A stretch of 64,000 nt of DNA from an uncultured Gammaproteobacteria bacterium (GTDB lineage Bacteria > Patescibacteriota > Patescibacteriia > Buchananbacterales > UBA6539): positions 99,346 to 163,345 of the forward strand of contig CAZINP010000002.1 of NCBI GenBank assembly GCA_964540635.1, read 5' to 3'. Shown here piece after piece: positions 57,591-64,000 of the stretch. A model generated the notes under the pieces. The model ran no database searches. It was not told where the DNA came from and saw only the letters and a list, made by a program, of their open reading frames with translations. Position 1 is the first letter of the stretch. The number at the start of each line of letters is the position of its first letter. Both the position numbers and the translations under genes were made by a program.

Positions 57591-58577
57591 TTATTTCAAT
57601 TTCCCTTTAATTATTCTTTGCAAATTCTTCTTGATATCAATTCCAACCGGACAAACCTCAGTACAACGATTGCACCCAACGCAGCCGGCTAGTTTGATAT
57701 CATCAAAACTTCTGACAAATTTATGCTCATACCAAAATCGGATTCGGCTAGTCGTATCCGGTAAAAACTTTGGCTTTTTACTATCCACCTCCAAACCGGC
57801 CACTTCGGAAAAATCGGTGTAAAAACAACTTGCCCATTGACGACAACGCTGCCCCGTGCCTTCATCCAGACCCGGTTGATCAAAGACATCAAAACAATAA
57901 CAACAAGGACAAATAATGCTACACTTCCCGCATTCTATACATTTTTTGCCCAATTCTTCCCACAATTCTTTGTCTTCATAAAATTTCTCTCTGATTTTTT
58001 GCATCTGACTGTCTGGACCCTCTTCTTTTATCGGTCCAACATATTCGATGTGATGATAGTCAGAATAACCGTAATGATCCAAAAGCCTTTGACCGTCTTC
58101 AGAGCCGGTATAAACAATGTATTCTTTCTTTTTTACCGCCAAAAAAATGTCAAACTTGATATGCTCCAAAATATCTTCCTTAAAATGCTCAATAAAGAAA
58201 CGATAATTATCTTCAGGCACCAAGCTATGACCAACAATTATTGTTTTTTTTATTCTCTGCTGAAAATAAGGATCATCGGCAAAAACTTGATTTAAGTAAG
58301 TTATCGCTTTCAAATCCGGTATGGTAATACCAAATAAAATCTGGGATGGCGCCTGATTTTCGCTTTTGATTTCAGTACCTTTATACGAAAAAAGCGCCTC
58401 GGAAGCTGGCACAAGCGCTTTTTTAAAGGAATGCAATGGCATTTCGCTTGAAATCACAATTTCTCTCGGGTCATCAACCAGATCAAAGACTAATTCATTG
58501 TTTTGTTTTTTAGGCGCCCAAAGCAAATTCTGCTGGCACAAATATTCTAAAAATTTATCCAATTCCTTTTGTATCAT
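57591..58577 (-). CDS. hydB: Sulfhydrogenase beta-like subunit (4Fe-4S)
   Basis: CIECGKCSIICPCCYC and CVGCNRCTEVCPVG ferredoxin-type motifs. Confidence 0.8.
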   Translation of the reverse strand: MIQKELDKFLEYLCQQNLLWAPKKQNNELVFDLVDDPREIVISSEMPLHSFKKALVPASEALFSYKGTEIKSENQAPSQILFGITIPDLKAITYLNQVFADDPYFQQRIKKTIIVGHSLVPEDNYRFFIEHFKEDILEHIKFDIFLAVKKKEYIVYTGSEDGQRLLDHYGYSDYHHIEYVGPIKEEGPDSQMQKIREKFYEDKELWEELGKKCIECGKCSIICPCCYCFDVFDQPGLDEGTGQRCRQWASCFYTDFSEVAGLEVDSKKPKFLPDTTSRIRFWYEHKFVRSFDDIKLAGCVGCNRCTEVCPVGIDIKKNLQRIIKGKLK

Positions 58578-58585
58578 ACAGCTTT

Positions 58586-58594
58586 ATTATAACA
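58586..58594 (-). promoter_or_regulatory. Extended -10 TGTTATAAT, 8 nt upstream of the hydB ATG (leaderless)
   Basis: Minus strand: atatgttataat aaagctgt ATG. Confidence 0.5.
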
Positions 58595-58610
58595 TATTTA
58601 TGCAAATACG

Positions 58611-58641
58611 ACAAAAAAACGGGGAAAAATTAATTTCCCCG
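58611..58641 (-). terminator. Intrinsic terminator after the 58712..59053 gene
   Basis: CGGGGAAA-ttaatt-TTTCCCCG followed by tttttttgtcg on the minus strand. Confidence 0.6.
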
Positions 58642-58711
58642 CACCTTGAGGTTTATGAGTTTGGCATAAGACTATATCGCCAAAAAGCAAAATTTTGCCA
58701 GCACTCTTTTT

Positions 58712-59053
58712 TTAGTTTTGAGCGGCCCGAGACGCCATTGCCCGACGCTCGGCGTAATAGAGATACATCCGGTAGTAGGACGAATCCTCCTGAAAATAAC
58801 AATCAGATTTCGCCTTCTCCAAGAATAACGAAATCTCTTCCTCGGAAACAACAACCTCGGCAAACATCACTTGCTGACCACTGAAGATAGAATCAAATAT
58901 CTTCTTCTCAATTGCCAACAATTCCGCCTTTTTCCGATTTAGAATAGATTCCCAGTCTAAACCGGAATCAATCCCCTTGGCTTTCGCCTCTTTTAAGAAA
59001 TCTTCGTAACAATCCATCAGCCAAAAATAGATGTCGCGTTCGATACTCCACAT
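58712..59053 (-). CDS. Hypothetical protein, 113 aa
   Basis: Plausible composition; the antisense ORF 58366..58884 is rejected. Confidence 0.4.
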   Translation of the reverse strand: MWSIERDIYFWLMDCYEDFLKEAKAKGIDSGLDWESILNRKKAELLAIEKKIFDSIFSGQQVMFAEVVVSEEEISLFLEKAKSDCYFQEDSSYYRMYLYYAERRAMASRAAQN

Positions 59054-59104
59054 AAGCCTGACTCCTTATAGGTTCAAAGAACGATTTAATTTTTGCCACA
59101 TTAG

Positions 59105-59128
59105 CAAAAACCCCGCCACAGGCGGGGT
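59105..59128 (-). terminator. Intrinsic terminator (CCCCGCC-aca-GGCGGGG)
   Basis: Perfect 7-bp GC stem followed by a U-run on the minus strand. Confidence 0.55.
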
Positions 59129-59221
59129 AATTTGACATTTTTTTAATCTCAAATCAACTCGCTTGTGGCAAGGTAAGATATTGATGATTATTTAATTTTT
59201 TTATAAATAAATTCATATAAT

Positions 59222-59521
59222 TTACTTTTTGGATTTAGATCTTCTATTTAATATTGATTTATATCCGCCCTGACCATGATTAAGCCAATAAGCCACGCGC
59301 GTAACTGTAGTAGTTGATAAGCCGGTTTTTCGCGAAACTTCACGATAAGTCTGGTTGTTTTCAAGCAAAACAGCGGCCTGCCAACGCCTGGCCATTTCAG
59401 CCAACTCTTCCAATGTACACAAATCTCTGAAAAAATCAGCTGCTTCTTTTTGGTCTTTAATTTGGGCAATTGCCTTGAAAAGCTCTTTAATATTTTTGCT
59501 TTGCCATTTATTGGATTCCAT
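59222..59521 (-). CDS. TrpR-like YerC/YecD family DNA-binding protein
   Basis: 99 aa; LCTLEELAEMARRWQAA...TGLSTTTVTRV helix-turn-helix. Confidence 0.65.
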   Translation of the reverse strand: MESNKWQSKNIKELFKAIAQIKDQKEAADFFRDLCTLEELAEMARRWQAAVLLENNQTYREVSRKTGLSTTTVTRVAYWLNHGQGGYKSILNRRSKSKK

Positions 59522-59637
59522 TCTTTTTAAATTTATAATGTTTTAGCTTATTAATACATTACCACAAGTAAAAATACTTGTCAAGAACCTAAAAAACTGG
59601 CAAAGTTTGCCGGTTTTTTAAGCTTAGTTTATTTTGC

Positions 59638-60663
59638 CTATTTAAGATTTTTTCCCAACTCTTCGGTCATTTGAACCATGCGCATTGAATATCCCCACTC
59701 ATTATCATACCAAGCCAAAACTTTAATTAAATTACCGCCAATAACTTTAGTATAAGGCAAATCAACAATTGTGGAAAAATTATTTCCAATGTAATCAGAA
59801 GAAACCAACGGCTCTTCCGTCGCATTTAAAATCCCCTTATAAAAAGGATCTTTGGCCGCTTTTTTAAAAGCAGCGTTAATTTGTTCAATGGTAACCGAAT
59901 CTTTTTTTACAACCGCCGTAATATCTGAAAGTGAGGCACAAATTGTCGGAACGCGAATGGAAATGCCATCAAAAGCGTTATTAAGACCCTGTATGACTTT
60001 TGTGGTGGCAATGGCTGCGCCGGTGGTGGTCGGAACAATATTTACGGCCGCCGCCCTGGCTCGTCTTAAGTCGCGATGCGGACCGTCAACCAAAACTTGA
60101 TCGGCCGTATAGGAATGGATCGTGGTCATAAACGCCTTTTCAATCCCAAAATTATCTTGCAAAACTTGCATTACTGGTGCAATACAATTTGTGGTACATG
60201 AAGCCATGGACACGACATTGTCTGACTTATTGGCTTTAAGACAATCAACAGAAAACCTTGTGCCATAAACTAAAGTTTGCGTCGCATCATCTTTTGCCGG
60301 TGCGGAAAGCAAAACGCGTTTGGCGCCGGCCTTGAGATGGCCGGATGCTTCCTGCTTGTTGGTAAAGCGACCGGTGCATTCTGCTACAATTTGAACGCCC
60401 AATTTCTTCCAAGGCAAATTCGCCGGATCTTTTTCTGAATAAATAGGGTAAAATTTACCGGCCACCTTGAGTCCATTCTCAACCGCTTCAACTTTTTTTT
60501 CGTATTGACGATAAACCGAATCATACTTGAGCAAATGGGCTAAAGTTTTCGCATCCATTAAATCGTTAATGGCCACGACCTGTAATTTTTTATTTTCTAG
60601 CGCTCCTTTAAAAACCGCGCGGCCGATTCGGCCAAAGCCGTTAATGGCAATTTTTGTTGACAT
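59638..60663 (-). CDS. gap: Glyceraldehyde-3-phosphate dehydrogenase
   Basis: INGFGRIGR NAD motif, SCTTNC active site. Confidence 0.9.
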   Translation of the reverse strand: MSTKIAINGFGRIGRAVFKGALENKKLQVVAINDLMDAKTLAHLLKYDSVYRQYEKKVEAVENGLKVAGKFYPIYSEKDPANLPWKKLGVQIVAECTGRFTNKQEASGHLKAGAKRVLLSAPAKDDATQTLVYGTRFSVDCLKANKSDNVVSMASCTTNCIAPVMQVLQDNFGIEKAFMTTIHSYTADQVLVDGPHRDLRRARAAAVNIVPTTTGAAIATTKVIQGLNNAFDGISIRVPTICASLSDITAVVKKDSVTIEQINAAFKKAAKDPFYKGILNATEEPLVSSDYIGNNFSTIVDLPYTKVIGGNLIKVLAWYDNEWGYSMRMVQMTEELGKNLK

Positions 60664-60690
60664 ATTTTGTATTATTTTAATTATGTCTTA

Positions 60691-60699
60691 ATTATAACA
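60691..60699 (-). promoter_or_regulatory. Extended -10 TGTTATAAT upstream of gap
   Basis: Minus strand: tatgttataattaag...ATG about 22 nt downstream. Confidence 0.45.
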
Positions 60700-60703
60700 T
60701 ATA

Positions 60704-60737
60704 AAAATAATAATAAAAACGCCTCAATCGAGGCGTT
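60704..60737 (-). terminator. Intrinsic terminator
   Basis: AACGCCTC-aatc-GAGGCGTT, 8-bp stem, followed by a U-run on the minus strand. Confidence 0.65.
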
Positions 60738-60752
60738 ATTATTATTGAGAAA

Positions 60753-61604
60753 TTATTTTATGTCTTTTCCTTCAACTGTAATTTTAACAACCTTAACATC
60801 CTTAAATTGTTTAATGGTTTCAGTTATTTGAGCAACCATTGCCTCCTTTCGACAAGCACCCTCAACCCCTTCCAGAATTTCAGCGGAAAAATCCAAATTA
60901 ACAATACCGTCTATTGACTCAACCTTATTAATTTTAATTTCTCCTTCCGGAAAATTATTCACATAGCCGTTTTTCATCTCTTCTTCACTTAAAGTAGAAA
61001 AAAGCGCAAACAAAACACTGGTGGCGAAATCATTTTTTATGACGACCTCCTTTTCCAGCGGATAAACTTCACCGCATTTTTTAAGATCCGGGTCTTTGTA
61101 AATATTAGAATAAAACAAAGACATAACCGGCTTCTTGTAATCCTTAAATTGAACTGGAACCTTGATTAAATCCATTTCTGATTTTTTATCTTCTGATAGA
61201 AGATAGGCCTGCAAAACGCCTTGCTGTGTGAAAGTAACGGGAAATTCCATCTGGAGAGAATATTCTTGATTATTATTTTGCAACTTTACCGAAGAAGTCG
61301 CTACCAAATTGTCCCACTCATCAATAAGTCTGAAATAAATTTCATCGACGTCAATCATTATTTTACCGGAAACAACAAGGGGGCTTGAAATAATTTCACC
61401 GCTTAGCGGTTTATTGATAATTATATCGTTTTTAATCACCGCGACCTGTCCGGCCTGCACCGAATAATTTTCATCTTCATTTATATTTTGCTTATAAAAA
61501 TCAGGAATATAAAAATTCGCACAACCGGACAACAAAAAAATGAAGGTTAAAAATAAACCTAAAACAAAAATTTTTTGCTTAAATATTATTTTCATAAGCC
61601 GCAA
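60753..61604 (-). CDS. Lipoprotein, hypothetical (possibly GerMN-like)
   Basis: Lipobox LLSGC; no clear catalytic motif. Confidence 0.4.
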   Translation of the reverse strand: MRLMKIIFKQKIFVLGLFLTFIFLLSGCANFYIPDFYKQNINEDENYSVQAGQVAVIKNDIIINKPLSGEIISSPLVVSGKIMIDVDEIYFRLIDEWDNLVATSSVKLQNNNQEYSLQMEFPVTFTQQGVLQAYLLSEDKKSEMDLIKVPVQFKDYKKPVMSLFYSNIYKDPDLKKCGEVYPLEKEVVIKNDFATSVLFALFSTLSEEEMKNGYVNNFPEGEIKINKVESIDGIVNLDFSAEILEGVEGACRKEAMVAQITETIKQFKDVKVVKITVEGKDIK

Positions 61605-61621
61605 CCTCCTTTGGAGTATTA

Positions 61622-62053
61622 CTAAATACTCACAATATTGTAAGAGAAAATCTGTTCTGGTTTTTTGCCGGAAGAGCCGTAATTAAACTTAATCTCAAAC
61701 TCACCTTTTTTTTCAACCTTAAACCACCACTCATTAACATAACCGTTACCTTGTTTTTTAACTTCTTCGTCTTTTAAGGAAACGAAGGCGGAAGCATCCA
61801 CACTGGAAATGCTATGCTGCTTGAAAGTAACATCGCTGGTAAATTTGATATACAAAATATCACCCGGCGTAGTCGTTACCGTTTGGTTGTTCAGCGCCGA
61901 TAAGTCAATCACCTTGCCGGTTTCTGCCACAGAATCAGCAACGGGCGGTAGATCATTTTCAGTTGGCGTTGAAACTTTATTGCCATTGCCGCAGCCGGTT
62001 ACAAAAACCAAAAGAGCGGCAAAAAATCCGATTAAAACTATTTTTCTGTTCAT
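61622..62053 (-). CDS. Small lipoprotein, hypothetical
   Basis: Lipobox VTGCGN. Confidence 0.4.
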   Translation of the reverse strand: MNRKIVLIGFFAALLVFVTGCGNGNKVSTPTENDLPPVADSVAETGKVIDLSALNNQTVTTTPGDILYIKFTSDVTFKQHSISSVDASAFVSLKDEEVKKQGNGYVNEWWFKVEKKGEFEIKFNYGSSGKKPEQIFSYNIVSI

Positions 62054-62856
62054 ATTAATTTTACATCTTTGGCCGGCACTTCAATAACTTCAGACTGATC
62101 GCCTTCTAGGGCCAAATCAACCGTCTGTTTCAGAGTGTGCCAACCGATTACTTTGCCCTTACCCTGTGGCGCTTTTACCTTGCTGCCCAGAGCCGGCAAA
62201 TTTTTTGCTAATTCATTATAAACCTCCTGCTCAAAAGCCAAACAACAGCGCAAACGTCCGCATTGCCCGGAAAGTCTTTCCGATCCACGATGAGCCACCT
62301 GTTGAATGTCAGCCAACTCAGAGGTAATGCTGGCCAATTCCTTGAGATGAGTTTTACAGCAAAGGGTGCGTCCACATGTGCCAACATCGCCGGCAATCTT
62401 TGCCTCATCTCTAATGCCGATTTGCTGCAAACGAATTGATTTTTGGAAGTGATGAGTTAACTCTTTAACCAACTGCCTAAAATCAACGCGGCCATCTGCA
62501 ATAAAAGGGAAAACCACCCTACTGCCGTCAAAAGAAAAATGAGCATCAATCACCTTCATTGGTAAATTCAGGCGCTCAACCACCTTTTTGCAATAATCAA
62601 GCGTGGTTGCTTTTTGCTTGTTAACCTCATTTTGATTTTCCACATCTTCAGTCATCACCTTACGCACGATACTCGCCTCTTCCGCACCTTCAATCTTTTC
62701 GGCCGCGGGCTCAAAAATTGAAACCACCCGACCAAGGTCATTGCCTTGCTCGGACTTAATTACAACCATATCGCCTAGCTCAATTCGAAAATCTTCAAGC
62801 TTGGCCACATACGGCTTTTCCCAAAGAGAAACTTGTATTTGGGCGTACCTTTCCAT
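62050..62856 (-). CDS. PSP1 domain protein (RicT/YaaT-like)
   Basis: C-terminal Cys cluster GTCGRTLCCKTHL...QCGRLRCCLAFE. Confidence 0.7.
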   Translation of the reverse strand: MERYAQIQVSLWEKPYVAKLEDFRIELGDMVVIKSEQGNDLGRVVSIFEPAAEKIEGAEEASIVRKVMTEDVENQNEVNKQKATTLDYCKKVVERLNLPMKVIDAHFSFDGSRVVFPFIADGRVDFRQLVKELTHHFQKSIRLQQIGIRDEAKIAGDVGTCGRTLCCKTHLKELASITSELADIQQVAHRGSERLSGQCGRLRCCLAFEQEVYNELAKNLPALGSKVKAPQGKGKVIGWHTLKQTVDLALEGDQSEVIEVPAKDVKLI

Positions 62857-62870
62857 AAATATCGTGAACG

Positions 62871-63656
62871 TTAAATTTGATAGCGTCGATAATCTTCGAT
62901 GACTGCCGAATTATTTTCGGCCAGAATCTTTTCAATGCTTTTTTTATCGTCTTTAATGAAAGCTTGTTTTAATAAACAAACATCCGTGTAAAATTTATTT
63001 ACCTTACCTTCAATAATCTTATCCCACATTGCCTCAGGCTTACCTTCATTTTTGAGCTGAACTTTATAGATCTCTTTTTCTTTCTTTAATTCCGCTGCAT
63101 CAACGTCTTCCGGTCTCAAGCACTTGGGCGACATGGCCACAACTTGCATGGCAATATCCAAGGCCAAGCTCTCATCACCTTTATCCAAAACCACCACGCT
63201 GGCGATCTTTTTATTTGAGTGCAAATAGCAACCCAAAGTTTGACCCTTAACAATATCAATAACAACCAATTGCAGATTCTCGCCAATCTTTACAATCATT
63301 TCGTTTTTAATCTTTTCTTCCGCCCAAGCTCTGAATTCATCAGTATCATCCATTGCCAATAATTTTTCCGCCAATTCTGAAACAGTATTGATAAAATCTT
63401 GATTACGGGCAACAAAATCAGTCTCACAGGCCAAACCAACGACGGCAACCTTACCGTCTTTTTTGGCAAAGGCAATTACGCCTTCTTTGGTGGCACGGTC
63501 TGACTTTTTTGCGGCTTTAATCGCGCCCTTTTTGCGCATTATTTCAACCGCTTTTTCAATGTCGCCGCCAGCTTCTTCCAAAGTTGCTTTGCAATCGCCG
63601 ATGCCGGCGCCGGTAATTTCACGCAATTTAGTTATTGCTTGAGTGTCAACGCTCAT
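62871..63656 (-). CDS. tsf: Elongation factor Ts
   Basis: N-terminal UBA-like ITKLREITGAGIGDCK. Confidence 0.9.
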   Translation of the reverse strand: MSVDTQAITKLREITGAGIGDCKATLEEAGGDIEKAVEIMRKKGAIKAAKKSDRATKEGVIAFAKKDGKVAVVGLACETDFVARNQDFINTVSELAEKLLAMDDTDEFRAWAEEKIKNEMIVKIGENLQLVVIDIVKGQTLGCYLHSNKKIASVVVLDKGDESLALDIAMQVVAMSPKCLRPEDVDAAELKKEKEIYKVQLKNEGKPEAMWDKIIEGKVNKFYTDVCLLKQAFIKDDKKSIEKILAENNSAVIEDYRRYQI

Positions 63657-63694
63657 ATTGTATTTTATTTTAGATTTTAATTATGATTTACAAG

Positions 63695-64000
63695 TTAGTT
63701 TTTTCTGACCGGTCTTTTCGGTTTTTCCGGGGCTGGAGAAACAACCGGAGCCGGACGATCTTTAGCGCCTTCCATTACGGCCTGAGCCATTAAAGAAGTG
63801 AAGATTTCAATTGATTTGACCGAATCGTCATTTGCCGGAATCGGATAAGAAACCAAGTCCGGATTGACGTTGGTATCAACCAAAGCAATGATAGGAATAT
63901 TTTTCTTTTTTGCTTCGGCAACGGCGGTTTTTTCCTTTTTAATGTCAATCACAAAAATTGCATCTGGAATTTTAGTTAAGGTTTCAACGCCGCCAACCAT
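63695..64000 (-). CDS. rpsB: 30S ribosomal protein S2, C-terminal part (gene runs past the window end); Pro/Lys-rich C-terminal extension
   Basis: IPIIALVDTNVNPDLVSYPIPANDDS conserved S2 block; rpsB-tsf synteny. Confidence 0.85.
   Translation of the reverse strand: MVGGVETLTKIPDAIFVIDIKKEKTAVAEAKKKNIPIIALVDTNVNPDLVSYPIPANDDSVKSIEIFTSLMAQAVMEGAKDRPAPVVSPAPEKPKRPVRKN

Noticed and set aside
58366-58884. 172-aa plus-strand ORF
   Set aside because: It is antisense to the hydB start, the promoter and terminator region, and the 58712..59053 gene. Its composition is low-complexity, so it is a shadow ORF.
1-64000. CRISPR arrays, rRNA and tRNA genes
   Set aside because: No regularly spaced direct repeats and no GC-rich cloverleaf-sized islands other than the two RNA candidates were seen by eye in any intergenic region. 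A tRNAscan or Infernal run is needed for certainty.

Overview
This is a 64-kb AT-rich window (roughly 33-35% GC by eye) with dense, mostly minus-strand coding and short genes. Several genes appear to be translated from leaderless or near-leaderless transcripts driven by an extended -10 'TGTTATAAT'. By inference this is a small-genome Patescibacteria/CPR-like bacterium. I found no rRNA, tRNA or CRISPR array by eye.

The gene content is mainly housekeeping, grouped as follows:
- Translation: fmt-def, gltX, serS, lysS, proS, frr, tsf and a partial rpsB.
- Cell wall and shape: ddl-ftsQ, alr, mreB-mreC-mreD-mrdA, an M23 peptidase, rseP, greA and holB.
- Glycolysis: pgk, a SIMPL-domain protein, eno, two tandem iPGM paralogs, and gap further downstream.
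- Glycan loci: a GT2 fragment, an O-antigen-ligase-like protein and DedA at the window start. Further on there is a minus-strand operon of a processive GT2 synthase, two GT2 genes, a second MreB paralog, a 39-aa basic peptide and a GH-A hydrolase.

The most unusual content:
1. A cytoplasmic group-3b-type [NiFe] hydrogenase (hydB-hydG ... hydD-hydA) whose operon is interrupted by a 3.8-kb insert encoding a NikM/CbiM-type Ni/Co ECF transporter core, a PDGLE protein, HypC, a DMT transporter and a novel HypC-domain fusion protein. Nearby are a Cys-less truncated HypA, a Cys-rich micro-ORF (MPCCSCCCGS...) and a large subunit that ends exactly at the DPCxxCxxH histidine.
2. A GC-anomalous (about 55% GC) 0.7-kb two-gene island next to a tyrosine integrase, which is bracketed by an exact 15-bp direct repeat at the 3' end of ftsQ.
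3. Two GC-rich structured-RNA candidates, each with its own sigma70 promoter and intrinsic terminator: a roughly 240-nt plus-strand RNA between ddl and alr, and a roughly 190-nt minus-strand 6S-like RNA between mrdA and greA.

Several intrinsic terminators and promoters are annotated.
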